This document shows positions 1 to 9,316 of a stretch of 64,000 bases of DNA, piece by piece. The position numbers were made by a program, and so were the translations under genes. The stretch comes from a virus. Its lineage: Duplodnaviria > Caudoviricetes. The number at the start of each line of letters is the position of its first letter. The first letter of the stretch is position 1. The notes under the pieces are model-generated. The model searched no databases. It had not been told where the DNA came from and saw nothing but the letters and a program-made list of their open reading frames with translations. The stretch covers positions 12,903 to 76,902 of the IMG/VR virus record IMGVR_UViG_3300033463_000085. One strand, given 5' to 3'.

Positions 1-1076
1 TGTTCGGCCGCGCCCGCGATGTCGCCCTTGGGCTTTATGTTCTTTATGGCCTCTCCGGCCTTGAGGAGGTTCGGGAGGAGCTTGCGCGATGTCACGCTGT
101 CGAGGCCCTGCGCCTCCTTCGTCGCGGCCTTGAAGTGCTTTGCCATGTCGGCGAGCGCCTTGGTGTCTATGGCGTTGCCGCTTGCCAGTATCTTCTGAAT
201 CTCCTTGAGCTCGTCGATGAAGGCTTGGCTTTCGGGCAGCGCGTCCTCGGCCTCCTTCGCCATCGTCGCAATCGCGTCGGCGAACTCCTGCGCCTGTTCG
301 TCTATGTCGAGCTTCTGGCGGAGCTTGTCGAGCCCGTCGCCGCTTCCTGGCTTTATGTTCGTGTAGACAGCGCCGACCTTTTCAAGCGCATCGGAAGCGC
401 CCTTGCTCGTCGCCGCCGTCGCCGCCAGGGCCGCGTCGAGCTTCTTCACGGTGTTGGATGCGCCCTCGCTCCCGTTCAGCAGCTTTTCAATTGTCGCGGC
501 GAGGCCGGAAAGCTCGTCCTCTGAAACACCTCCGGCCCTTACGCTGTCCTCGATTGCGGCGAGCCTCTGCGCTCCGGCCTTCGCGCCGACGGTCCCCATT
601 CCGCCGAGGCGTTCGCGCATCTTCGCGCTCTGGTCGAGGAACTTCGCCTTGCTCGCCTCCGCCGCCGCCTCCGCTGCGGCCTTGGCCGCCTCGCGCTGCG
701 CCTGTGCCTCCGCCCGCTCCGCCGCCGAAAGGGCCGTAAGTATGTTCGTGAACTTCTGCGAGTTCGCCGCTGCAATCCTCACCGCGCCGGAATACTGGCC
801 TATTACGTCCGTCGTGCCGTTCGCGGACTTCGTTATCCGTATGAGCTGGTTGGCGAGTGTTTCGGCCTCCTTCGCGCCTATCTGGCCCGACACCACGCCG
901 CTCCTTATGGCCTCCACCTGCTTGGAGAACGCCTTGGCCGCGTCCGTTCCGATTGACTGCGCCTTGCGGAGAACGAGGTCGAGCGTCCGCGTCACCTTGT
1001 CGGTGGCGGTCTTTATGCTCGCCGCGTCGGCCTTCGCGCCGACCTTTATAGTCACATTGCTCGATTCATCGGCCAT
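1..1076 (-). CDS. Tape measure protein, N-terminal part (runs off the left edge)
   Basis: Open frame from ATG at 1076 (MADESSNVTIKVGAKADAASIK...), Ala-rich and helical, directly after tail tube and chaperone genes. Not in the ORF track because its stop is outside the window. Confidence 0.8.
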   Translation of the reverse strand, partial: MADESSNVTIKVGAKADAASIKTATDKVTRTLDLVLRKAQSIGTDAAKAFSKQVEAIRSGVVSGQIGAKEAETLANQLIRITKSANGTTDVIGQYSGAVRIAAANSQKFTNILTALSAAERAEAQAQREAAKAAAEAAAEASKAKFLDQSAKMRERLGGMGTVGAKAGAQRLAAIEDSVRAGGVSEDELSGLAATIEKLLNGSEGASNTVKKLDAALAATAATSKGASDALEKVGAVYTNIKPGSGDGLDKLRQKLDIDEQAQEFADAIATMAKEAEDALPESQAFIDELKEIQKILASGNAIDTKALADMAKHFKAATKEAQGLDSVTSRKLLPNLLKAGEAIKNIKPKGDIAGAAE

Positions 1077-1090
1077 TGGTCGCGCACTCC

Positions 1091-1681
1091 CTACTTGGCT
1101 TCCGCCTCCTGAATCGCGTTTATCTCGCGTATCATAATCCGCTCGTAGTAGTCAGGCCCGCCGTTCTCGCCGCCGTGCCTCTGCCTTGCGACGGAAACGA
1201 GCGCGAGAGCCGTTGCGACGGGCGTTGCCATTGCGTCCGCGACGCTCCATCCGTATTCGCCGCAAAGCGCCTCCACTATCTCAAGCGGCCAGCCGAATCC
1301 GCGAGGGGCGGAATACGCGCATCCGCCGTCCTTCTTCGCGGCCACGAATGTCTTGAAAGCGGCGACGATGTGCCCGTTCACCGCCTTTGAAATCCGCGCC
1401 ACGCACTTCGCCTTGCCGCGAACCCATCGGCCCGCCTCCCTAGCGGAGCGCTCCATGTCGCGCATTGCGGACGCGACCTCCGGCGGACGCTTCGACAACA
1501 GCCACGCCGCGATGAGCGAGTGGGAATCGTCGAGGTTCGCGCCGAGGTCGCACCCCCAGGCCTCGAGGGCAGCCGCGTGGGCGAGCGTGAAAGGTTGCAG
1601 ACGCAGGGCGGAGAACCGCCCCGTCCTGCATACCTCCGTCCCGCCTGGGAACAGGGCGAGTATGGTTTCGACCGGAAGCAA
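1091..1681 (-). CDS. Putative tail assembly chaperone
   Basis: Position between tail tube and tape measure; C-terminal YGWSVADAMATPVATA resembles chaperone C-termini. Confidence 0.55.
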   Translation of the reverse strand: MLPVETILALFPGGTEVCRTGRFSALRLQPFTLAHAAALEAWGCDLGANLDDSHSLIAAWLLSKRPPEVASAMRDMERSAREAGRWVRGKAKCVARISKAVNGHIVAAFKTFVAAKKDGGCAYSAPRGFGWPLEIVEALCGEYGWSVADAMATPVATALALVSVARQRHGGENGGPDYYERIMIREINAIQEAEAK

Positions 1682-1696
1682 CCCAGACGCTCCAAA

Positions 1697-2101
1697 TTAG
1701 TGCGAAGAGGCGGGGATGTCCGGGTACTGCTTGATGGTGCAGGAAACCTTGGCGGCATCCTCGTTGGACCAAGTGCCCTCGAATGTCTCGACGCGCATGG
1801 AGCCAGTCGTGTTGACCGGAACGCTGATGCCGGAGAAGGTTGCGACATCGCCTTTCTTGACGCTCTGGATTGCGCTCTTGGACGCCTTGGCGACAAGGCC
1901 CTCGACGGAAAGCACGTCGAATGTCTCGGGTATCACGAGCGAGATGATTGTTCCCGCAGGGCCGCGATACTCCTTGACCTCGCCGTCCTTCGATATCCTC
2001 ACAAGAGTGGGGTATATCGCCACCCCCGCGACCGTGATGGTCTGCTTGGGGTTTTCGCTGATTCCGTAGAGCAGTTGCTCGCCGTGCTGTATGACTGCCA
2101 T
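1697..2101 (-). CDS. Putative tail tube protein
   Basis: 134 aa, beta-rich, ends SNEDAAKVSCTIKQY; strong RBS (AAAGGAAG); position in tail module; no sheath gene seen. Confidence 0.6.
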   Translation of the reverse strand: MAVIQHGEQLLYGISENPKQTITVAGVAIYPTLVRISKDGEVKEYRGPAGTIISLVIPETFDVLSVEGLVAKASKSAIQSVKKGDVATFSGISVPVNTTGSMRVETFEGTWSNEDAAKVSCTIKQYPDIPASSH

Positions 2102-2113
2102 GTTGTGCTTCCT

Positions 2114-2644
2114 TTAGTTTTGGTTGTTCTGGGTTGCCTCTCCGGTCGATTCCGCAGAGGGGTTGAAATAGCCGTCCTCGTAGCCTAGCTCGGTCTGCAC
2201 CCTGTAGTTTGAGCGGAGGATGTTCGCGTCCTCCACATCGTCGCGTCCGGCGTCCTTGAACACCATCTGGCCGACGAGGAAGGGGAAGCGGTGATAGTGG
2301 AGGATTTGCGCAATGCGCTCGGAAACGCCCTGCGCTGTCAGCGTGTCGGGGTCGTCGCGGTTTAGCGATGGATGCTCGTAGCACGAAATCTGTATGTCGA
2401 TGTTCACCTGCAATACGGCCGACTGGGCGAGGTTGTTCATTCCGGTTATGGAAATGAGGGCGAGGACGCCGAGGCTTCCGACCGCCTGTTCGACCTCAAA
2501 GCCGACATTGGCCTTGTCCTCCACGACGACGGAAACTTGCCCGTGGTCGCGCAGGTATTCGTCCTCGCGGATGAATTCGGCTATTCCTTCGGCTATGTCT
2601 CGAAGCATTGCTTGCGCTCTCCTTACCTGTGCCGATTCGGTCAA
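2114..2644 (-). CDS. Putative tail terminator/completion protein
   Basis: 176 aa, immediately upstream of the tail tube; synteny only. Confidence 0.45.
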   Translation of the reverse strand: MTESAQVRRAQAMLRDIAEGIAEFIREDEYLRDHGQVSVVVEDKANVGFEVEQAVGSLGVLALISITGMNNLAQSAVLQVNIDIQISCYEHPSLNRDDPDTLTAQGVSERIAQILHYHRFPFLVGQMVFKDAGRDDVEDANILRSNYRVQTELGYEDGYFNPSAESTGEATQNNQN

Positions 2645-2660
2645 CCGACGCTGTTTCTCC

Positions 2661-2690
2661 TTGCTTCGCGGCGGGGTGATTTGTTATAAT
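2661..2690 (+). promoter_or_regulatory. Sigma70-like promoter of the inserted plus-strand gene
   Basis: TTGCTT (2661-2666), 18 nt, TATAAT (2685-2690). Confidence 0.7.
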
Positions 2691-2721
2691 ATCGCGTCCG
2701 AACATGGGAAAGGAAACAAAC

Positions 2722-3432
2722 ATGAAACGGACACTATTTGCCGTCGCCGTGGCCGCCGCGTCGATTGCGGCGCTTGCCGGGACAACCCCCAATAGGCTCG
2801 GCGATTCCGCCTCAAGGCGCAAGACCCACGCAGCGCAGTCGGCCAAGGCGCTTGACGACAAGCGCGACAGGAAGGCTGTCGCGGAGGCGGCTAAAACTAA
2901 CCCCGGAAGGACGCTCGGCATAAAGGACTTCTGCGGCAGGAAGTTCGGCGAAAAGGGCGACGGGCGCGATGTTGTCGTCGAACAGGCGGACAGGCCGTAT
3001 TTCGGCGGCTACACGAAACTGCGGCTAAAATACTCGCCGTCGGCTGGGCTCTATTCCATAACGGCCATAAACGACGACTCCTTCGCCATCGGCGACAAGG
3101 ACAATGAGCTAGAGCGAATAATGAGAATCGTCGAGAATCACTTTAAGATTCGCTTCTCCGGCGGCATAGTCCGTCGCAACAACAGGGAATACGGGCAGGA
3201 GTTCGGCGTCAGCGCGGTTGGCAACAGCGTCACGGGCGGGATTTCCGGCTACAGGCCGTCGTCGAGAAGCGTTGTGACGAAGCCAGCGACGCGATGGACG
3301 AGCGTTGTTTCCGAGGAGTTCAAGGATGTGCGCATCTCGATACGCGCCGTTGCGGACAGGGAGAAAGACAAGACATTCGTTGAGTTCACGGTCGAGCTGA
3401 AACCGCCGAGCGCGGCCAGCAAGGCGAAGTAG
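2722..3432 (+). CDS. Secreted protein of unknown function (moron-like)
   Basis: Signal-peptide-like start MKRTLFAVAVAAASIAALA; RBS AAAGGA; own promoter; opposite strand to flanking tail genes. Confidence 0.7.
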   Translation: MKRTLFAVAVAAASIAALAGTTPNRLGDSASRRKTHAAQSAKALDDKRDRKAVAEAAKTNPGRTLGIKDFCGRKFGEKGDGRDVVVEQADRPYFGGYTKLRLKYSPSAGLYSITAINDDSFAIGDKDNELERIMRIVENHFKIRFSGGIVRRNNREYGQEFGVSAVGNSVTGGISGYRPSSRSVVTKPATRWTSVVSEEFKDVRISIRAVADREKDKTFVEFTVELKPPSAASKAK

Positions 3433-3434
3433 CG

Positions 3435-4139
3435 TCACTTTGAGTTCATCAGCTCGTCGAGCATCGCGTCCATGAACTGCTCCGTCGTGTCGCGCGTCCA
3501 TGTCTTTATGTTCGCGTCGCTCGGCAGCAACCCCCTGTCCTGCGGGAGCGTCGTGCTTTTAACGAGCGCATAGAGGGGGCGGAACTCCGTCTTTTTGCGC
3601 TTGCCCCTGCCTTTGGAAACATCCTCGGCCAGGATGTTCGTCCCCTTGGGCCGGAATATCTCGTGCCCCTCGCCCCGTAAGTCCGCGACGCGCTTCGCGT
3701 ATGCGACCTTGTGCAGCGGGATTGTGAGGGCCTTTGCCTTTCTCGGCTTTATGGTTATCGCGCCGAACGCCCTGCGGAGGCCGGGAGTGTTGCCGATCAC
3801 GACAGAAACGCCGTCCTCGGATATGTCCCTAACCTCCGTGAACGGCTGCTTTCCGTCCGGCGCGTCGAACTTCGAGCCGCCGCGAAGCTGCCCTCGCGCG
3901 GGGGCGAATTCGAGGAATTTTGTGTGCTTCGCGCCGAGCCTGTCGGCGACCTTGTGGCGCGTGACGGACGCCCTTGCGATGTGGTCGGCCGTGCGCTCGC
4001 GGACATTTATGCCTATCTCGCGGTTCAGCCGGAGCATTGATGAGCGGGAAAGGAGTGCGCCAAGTTCGCTCCTGACGCGCTCCACGCCCTCCGCAGCTAT
4101 CTCCATGTCGTACATTACGGAGATAGCCGCCTCCGTCAA
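3435..4139 (-). CDS. Virion morphogenesis/neck protein (Mu gpG-like)
   Basis: Motifs ITIKPRKAKALTIPL and LYALVKSTTLPQDRGLLP resemble neck/morphogenesis proteins; upstream of tail genes. Confidence 0.5.
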   Translation of the reverse strand: MTEAAISVMYDMEIAAEGVERVRSELGALLSRSSMLRLNREIGINVRERTADHIARASVTRHKVADRLGAKHTKFLEFAPARGQLRGGSKFDAPDGKQPFTEVRDISEDGVSVVIGNTPGLRRAFGAITIKPRKAKALTIPLHKVAYAKRVADLRGEGHEIFRPKGTNILAEDVSKGRGKRKKTEFRPLYALVKSTTLPQDRGLLPSDANIKTWTRDTTEQFMDAMLDELMNSK

Positions 4140-4140
4140 G

Positions 4141-5529
4141 TCACGCCGCCCTGCGCCTCGCCTTGGCCTTTTCCTTGGCCTCCATCTTGCCGACGCTCGC
4201 CTTTATGTCCGATGCTATCGAGCGGACGAGGGCGTGAATCTGCCTCGGCGCATTCTTGTTGTCCTTCTTGCGTGCTTGCACGACCCTCATTGATTCCGGG
4301 TCTATTTCCACATCGTATACTGGCTTGCCGTCCTGCCGGAGCGACAGAAGGAGGGCGCGGCCCTCCTTCACGCTCTGGCCATAGTCGCCGATGCAGTTGT
4401 GCATGGCGTTTCCCTCGGCGATTAGGTCGCGCTTGTCGCGGAGGACTGCGACCGCGTAGCCGCCGTAGAGCTTGCCGACGACGGATTCGTCCACATATCC
4501 GCATATCATCTTCCAATGGGCGAGTCTGCGCCGCGCCTCGCGCCTCTCCTCGGCAAGGCGGCGCTTCTTCTCCTTCTCCTGCGCAATCCGCTCGCGCTCA
4601 AGGAGCGCCCTGTGCGCGTCGTCCACCTTGTCGTATTTCCGCGTCCAGTCGGTCGGGAACATGTAGCCGTATGTGCCGATGTCAATGTCGAGCCTCGCCA
4701 GCATAGAGCAATAGCGGTTGTAGGCGTATGAATCTATGCCGTTCTTGCGCATATAGCGGAACAGGCTCTTGCGGTCAACGCTCTTGGGAATGTCGTTGAG
4801 CCTTGTCGTCTCGCCTAGGAACGACAGGTATGCGGACGCCTCCGCGAGCGATTCTCCGCTCCTGTATGCCCGCTCGATTGCGCCGACGCCATATCGCGCA
4901 CCTCCCCAATAGCCGCCCGCCGAAACGCGTATGTCGGCGATGTGGCTTCTGAAGAACCGCTTGAAATCGGCATCCTTCGACAGCCGCCGGACGAACGACG
5001 GTCTTATGAGCTGCCACATTCCGGCCTTGGCCAGGAATTCGACGGCGTGGTCTATGTTCCAGCATTCGATATACTGCATGAAGTGCATCTTGTAGCCGCT
5101 GTCCGTGCTGTAGCCGCACTTCGCGTAGCGCGTCCCCTCGAAACCGTTGAGGTATTCGCCGTGGAGGTCTATGCAATGCCGGAATGTCGCATCGTCGTCG
5201 CCCCACGCGCCGATGTAGGCGTCCACATCCTGCCACACGGCCTGGTGCCTTCTGCCGAACGGCTCGTTGGCCCAATTCACGCATAGCGCGTTCGTGAAGT
5301 TGTTTCGGATTATGTCGCGCAGTCTGCAACGCTTCTCTGCGGAATAGTAGGCGGCGACCTTCTTTATGGCAAGCTCGCCAGTCCGCATCGAGCGCGTCTT
5401 GACCGCGTATGTGTCAATCCGGCACTCGCCGCCCTTGAGCGCTACGACATAGTTGTAGATGCGCGTCCCGTTGTGCGCGTCCTTTCGGCGAGACGCCTCG
5501 GACTTCCTTATGAGCGCAATGGCCCCCAT
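4141..5529 (-). CDS. PcfJ-domain protein
   Basis: C-terminal DLIAEGNAMHNCIG...LLLSLRQDGKPVYDVEI...VVQARKKDN is the PcfJ signature; follows a PcfK-like gene. Confidence 0.85.
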   Translation of the reverse strand: MGAIALIRKSEASRRKDAHNGTRIYNYVVALKGGECRIDTYAVKTRSMRTGELAIKKVAAYYSAEKRCRLRDIIRNNFTNALCVNWANEPFGRRHQAVWQDVDAYIGAWGDDDATFRHCIDLHGEYLNGFEGTRYAKCGYSTDSGYKMHFMQYIECWNIDHAVEFLAKAGMWQLIRPSFVRRLSKDADFKRFFRSHIADIRVSAGGYWGGARYGVGAIERAYRSGESLAEASAYLSFLGETTRLNDIPKSVDRKSLFRYMRKNGIDSYAYNRYCSMLARLDIDIGTYGYMFPTDWTRKYDKVDDAHRALLERERIAQEKEKKRRLAEERREARRRLAHWKMICGYVDESVVGKLYGGYAVAVLRDKRDLIAEGNAMHNCIGDYGQSVKEGRALLLSLRQDGKPVYDVEIDPESMRVVQARKKDNKNAPRQIHALVRSIASDIKASVGKMEAKEKAKARRRAA

Positions 5530-5544
5530 GTCGCCACTCCTCCG

Positions 5545-6210
5545 CTAGAACAGGCTCAACTGCTCCGCCTTGAACTTCACCTTGGCCTTGCTATCCTTGG
5601 CGGCCTTTTTCTCCGCCTCCTTCTTGGCGCGTTCCTCGGCCTTGCGCTTCTTGGCGGCTTCGCGCTCGGCTTTCGCCTTTGCTTTCTCCGCCTCCTTCGC
5701 CTTGCGCTCCGCATCCCTGGCCTTGCGTTCCCTCTCCTGCGCCTCCTCCTCGGCAATCAGCCTGTCGATTTCCTCGTCGCTCTTGCCGGAATGCCACGAA
5801 TGCTTCTTGAGCCAGCGGGTGCGCCGCACATCGGCGGCAATCTGCTCTGGCGTGAGGCCTTGCCACTTGGCGACGCGCTCGGCGTGGGCCTTGCGTTTCT
5901 GCTCGGCCTTTTCCTTGCGTTTCTCGGCTTCGGACTTAAGCCTCTCCTCCTCGGCCCTTATCTCTTCGTCCGTCTTGTAGGTGTCGCCCTCGTTGCATAC
6001 GGAGAAGTAGTGCATCATCTCGTCGTAGGCCCATTGGTTCTCGGTGACGGCGGCGTTTATCTTCTGCGCCTTGCTCACCATCCAATCGAACGCGCCCTTG
6101 ATTGTCAGCTTCTTCTCCTTGACACGCGCACGGATTTCCGGCGTCGCGTGGGCCTCGTAGTATTCCTTCAATACCTTCTTGTAGAACTCCTCAAGCGAAT
6201 ATGCGTTCAT
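5545..6210 (-). CDS. PcfK-like (AcrIIA9-family-like) protein with C-terminal QLSLF motif
   Basis: Start at ATG 6210 (MNAYSLEEF); KKLTIKGAFDWM...A.K...WAYDEMMHYF, then a K/E/A coiled coil, ending EQLSLF; canonical pairing with PcfJ. Confidence 0.65.
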   Translation of the reverse strand: MNAYSLEEFYKKVLKEYYEAHATPEIRARVKEKKLTIKGAFDWMVSKAQKINAAVTENQWAYDEMMHYFSVCNEGDTYKTDEEIRAEEERLKSEAEKRKEKAEQKRKAHAERVAKWQGLTPEQIAADVRRTRWLKKHSWHSGKSDEEIDRLIAEEEAQERERKARDAERKAKEAEKAKAKAEREAAKKRKAEERAKKEAEKKAAKDSKAKVKFKAEQLSLF

Positions 6211-6902
6211 TTCCTCTTGACCTCCTTCTTTGGCTTCTTGGTTTCGTAGATTCCGACAGAAGATTCGACCTCGACGCGCACGACCTTTCCGGGTTCGACG
6301 CTCCGCCCTCTGCACTCCTTGGCGATGAAGCACTCCGCATCCTCCTTCGTGTCGAAGCGGTCGGCCGTCTCTACATCGCCCCAGCATTCGTCTATGGCCC
6401 CGTTGTGGTAGCCGTCGAGCGTCCGCCAGTATAGATTGGTCGCCCTTGCGCTCTGGATTGCATAGAACGACACGCACCGCGAATCCTTCCATATCGCCTC
6501 CTCCGGCGCTGGAGGGATTGGCTGCCTCCAGTAGACGGCGTTTGCGACATCCGCAAGCCGCTCGAGCCGCGCTTCCTCCTCCTGCAAGTCGGCGAGGAGC
6601 TTGTCGGGTTCTGGAACGCCGTCCAGCCCGTGCGCCGCCGCGTCGAGATACATCCGCATCTGCTCGGCAACGCTGTAGTTGTCGTAGGCGTCGCGAAGCT
6701 CTATGCAAGCGATCTGGTCGGCCTGTTGCTTCGTTTCCGGCCTCTTGCCGCGAAGGTCGATATGCACTATTTTTTCATGGTCGATTCCGGTATGGAACAA
6801 GCCTTCGTATATGATGCCGTCCCGCTCTACGCTCTTGGTGAGGGTCAATCCCTCGGCTTCTAGCGCGTCGAGCATTCTCTTCGATAGTCCGATTCGCTTC
6901 AT
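6207..6902 (-). CDS. Hypothetical protein
   Basis: Start MKRIGLSKRM with GGAGG RBS; coupled to neighbours. Confidence 0.6.
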   Translation of the reverse strand: MKRIGLSKRMLDALEAEGLTLTKSVERDGIIYEGLFHTGIDHEKIVHIDLRGKRPETKQQADQIACIELRDAYDNYSVAEQMRMYLDAAAHGLDGVPEPDKLLADLQEEEARLERLADVANAVYWRQPIPPAPEEAIWKDSRCVSFYAIQSARATNLYWRTLDGYHNGAIDECWGDVETADRFDTKEDAECFIAKECRGRSVEPGKVVRVEVESSVGIYETKKPKKEVKRK

Positions 6903-7489
6903 TCCTCCGCTCCTTCCTGTTTGTCGTTGTTCAGCTGCTCCCAAGCCATCGCAAGGCCGACGAGCCAAAGGTAGACGCGAAGGGCGATGCTCCGTCCCGC
7001 TCCGGCAATCCACTCCCAGTAGTCGCCGTCGTGTCCGGCGAGCTTTTCCGCCGCGCCGTCGCTTATGCGCTCCATTCCCCATCGCTCGTCGAAGTCGTGC
7101 ATCACCTCATCGAGGTCGTCGTCGCTGATGTCGGGGGCGAAGTGCCTTATATCGGCAATGGCCTCGTCGCGGTCGTATTCGTAGCGGTCGCTCGCGGCCT
7201 TGACCTTTTCGAGGAAGTACCGCTCGTTTACGCAATGCCAGCGGCTTGCGACGGCCTTGGCCGTGTCATCGAGCGTGGCGGGCCATGTCGGATAGGCCAC
7301 GGCTTCGCCTAGGTCGCCCGTTATGTATATCGCCCCGCCCTCTCGGTCGAACACGAAGCGGATTGCGTATTCGCGCGTTCCTGGCCTGCGCCAGTCCACG
7401 ACCTCAATTCCGATGTCCGATGCCTGGCGCTGCGCCTTGTGTTCATTGAAATGCTCGAACGCATGGTCTATCTTCTCGTTTCTCGTCAC
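6899..7489 (-). CDS. Hypothetical conserved phage protein
   Basis: GTG start with RBS; WRRPGT...YITGDLGEAV...YFLEKV resembles a common phage family. Confidence 0.6.
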   Translation of the reverse strand: MTRNEKIDHAFEHFNEHKAQRQASDIGIEVVDWRRPGTREYAIRFVFDREGGAIYITGDLGEAVAYPTWPATLDDTAKAVASRWHCVNERYFLEKVKAASDRYEYDRDEAIADIRHFAPDISDDDLDEVMHDFDERWGMERISDGAAEKLAGHDGDYWEWIAGAGRSIALRVYLWLVGLAMAWEQLNNDKQEGAEE

Positions 7490-7491
7490 GG

Positions 7492-7656
7492 CTAATCCTC
7501 CTTTCCGTAATATTCCTTGAGGTAGCATCGTTCGCACAGCGTCCTGTAGTCGTCCACATCGCTTGTAGACATTGGCGCTCCGCAATATGCGCAGCTAGCC
7601 GCGTGGTCGCTATGGTTTTCTTGGCAATCGTCAGCCGTTTCGTCCTCGCCTCTCAT
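7492..7656 (-). CDS. Small zinc-finger protein
   Basis: CAYC...CERC; overlapping start/stop with neighbours. Confidence 0.5.
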   Translation of the reverse strand: MRGEDETADDCQENHSDHAASCAYCGAPMSTSDVDDYRTLCERCYLKEYYGKED

Positions 7657-7970
7657 ACCTTCACCACCTCTCCCTTGTAGCCGTGTCCGTCGGAAAAGAA
7701 AGCCCACGCCGTCTTGCCGTCCTTGGAGTAGTGGACCTCGCTGTGCTTCGGGTCGCCCGGACAGTCCGCGTATCCGCGCCTGTCGGCAAGCGCGGCCTCG
7801 CCACCGTCGCCGTCTGGAACTGTCGTAGTCCATTCGCTGCGTATGGTTTCCTCCAGCATCTTCACCGCGACCTCTTCCGAGGCGTATGGCCGCACGCTCA
7901 TTGTTAAAGTGCGGCCCCACGGCTCGTCTGGGTAGTAGTAGCACACCTGCACAATCCAACGCCCGCTCAT
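7653..7970 (-). CDS. Hypothetical protein
   Basis: Start MSGRWIVQVC with GGAGG RBS; coupled. Confidence 0.55.
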   Translation of the reverse strand: MSGRWIVQVCYYYPDEPWGRTLTMSVRPYASEEVAVKMLEETIRSEWTTTVPDGDGGEAALADRRGYADCPGDPKHSEVHYSKDGKTAWAFFSDGHGYKGEVVKV

Positions 7971-8506
7971 GCCGCGCCTCCTTCCTTGACCGCGCCCATC
8001 CCGCAGAGGATTGCGGCGAGCGCGTCGCACCGCTCCTTCGTAAGCCCGAATGTCTCGCCGTCGCCGTCGTGGGCCGCAAACACTATGTCGCCGACTATCG
8101 GCTCGCCCGTGGTGGCGAGGCAAAGGGCTGTGGCGATGTTGTTCACAACCAGCACATCCTCGTCCTTGAGAAATCCGTTCTCGTCGACATAGCAATCCAC
8201 ATCGCCGAAGCCGTCAGGCATGTCTACGCACGCTCGTTCGATGTAGCCGCCGACGGCCCTCTGCAACTGCTTGAGGCTGTTCGTCCTGTCGAACTCCTCG
8301 ATTGAAAGGACGCTTCCGAGCGCGGCGACCTTGACTATGTAGGTCGTCTGCTTCGCGAGCGCTTCGCGTGCCGCCATTCGGGCGAGGATTACTCCGCCGT
8401 TGCAATCGTCGCAACACACGCCCTTGTCCCGGAGCGGGGCTGGGTTGTTGCCCCAGCCCTCGAACATTCTGCCGCACAGGCAGCATTCGTGCTTTTCGTT
8501 AGCCAT
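7967..8506 (-). CDS. Zinc ribbon plus DUF3846-like protein
   Basis: CCLC/CCDDC N-terminus; LKQLQRAVGGYIE, YVDENG, IVGDIVF are DUF3846-like motifs. Confidence 0.75.
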   Translation of the reverse strand: MANEKHECCLCGRMFEGWGNNPAPLRDKGVCCDDCNGGVILARMAAREALAKQTTYIVKVAALGSVLSIEEFDRTNSLKQLQRAVGGYIERACVDMPDGFGDVDCYVDENGFLKDEDVLVVNNIATALCLATTGEPIVGDIVFAAHDGDGETFGLTKERCDALAAILCGMGAVKEGGAA

Positions 8507-8518
8507 CTCCGCGCCTCC

Positions 8519-9076
8519 TTAGTATTCCTCTTCGTCGAGCGTCACCCATTGCTCGCGCTTGTTGAAAATCGTGTGCTTCCCGTCCTTGTCGAATGTGAGC
8601 GTGAAGCCCATTTCCCACACGGCCCGCGAAGCCCCGAAAAGCACGTGCAGCAATGTCGTAGCCTCCATGAGGGCGTCGGCATTGGCCTTTGATTCGTCAA
8701 CGCGCTGTAGTTGCGCTGTGCCGCCCATGTCGCCCGAGTAGCAATAGTGGGTCGGGTTCTCCTTCCATGCGGCGGAAGCTCGGTATGTCACATCCGTTTC
8801 GAGTTTGCGTCCGCACATCTCTGCGAATCTGTTGAGTTCCGCGAGCCATATGTCGCACTGCTTCTCAAGGTCATTGAAGAAGTGCGGCGGGACGAGCGCG
8901 GCCTGCTGGCGGTGGCGGAACTGGTGGTTGTTCTGCTCGCACCAGTCCATGCAATCGCCGTCGTCGGCTGGGCCGTATAGTGGAGCGGACTCGTATTTGT
9001 CGTCCCATCCCTTTGGCGCTCCGTCACGCGGATATACCATGTGGCCGCTTTTGGCCTTTACTATGTCAACCTTCAT
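8519..9076 (-). CDS. Hypothetical protein, first gene of the operon driven from 9.15 kb
   Basis: Start MKVDIVKAK after AAAAGGAGAACACG. Confidence 0.6.
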   Translation of the reverse strand: MKVDIVKAKSGHMVYPRDGAPKGWDDKYESAPLYGPADDGDCMDWCEQNNHQFRHRQQAALVPPHFFNDLEKQCDIWLAELNRFAEMCGRKLETDVTYRASAAWKENPTHYCYSGDMGGTAQLQRVDESKANADALMEATTLLHVLFGASRAVWEMGFTLTFDKDGKHTIFNKREQWVTLDEEEY

Positions 9077-9131
9077 AGTTCGTGTTCTCCTTTTCGTTTG
9101 TGCCTTTTCGTTTGTATGGCGTGGGGGCGAC

Positions 9132-9197
9132 TGTCCCCTCACCACGCGCATATCTTAGCAAATCACAACACCACCCGCAAGGGGGAATCTTAAGATT
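9132..9197 (-). promoter_or_regulatory. Promoter cassette P1
   Basis: TTGCGG (plus 9175-9180), 17 nt, TAAGAT (plus 9152-9157); upstream palindrome AATCTTAAGATT; downstream GGTGAGGGGACA box. Confidence 0.75.
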
Positions 9198-9316
9198 TCT
9201 TAAAATAGTTATCTCGCACTATTGCGCGATATAATGCTAATTGCGACGGAATAACGAAAAATGCGAAAACAGGCCGGAAAATAATTCTTCCCGCGTGTTC
9301 GAACTCTCGGCGCGAA

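Noticed and set aside
1076-1700. Programmed frameshift in the tail chaperone
   Set aside because: A single ORF fills the space between tail tube and tape measure; I found no convincing slippery site.
5545-5950. Lys/Glu/Ala repeats here and at 36300-36520 as DNA repeat elements
   Set aside because: Low-complexity coiled-coil coding sequence, not discrete repeats.
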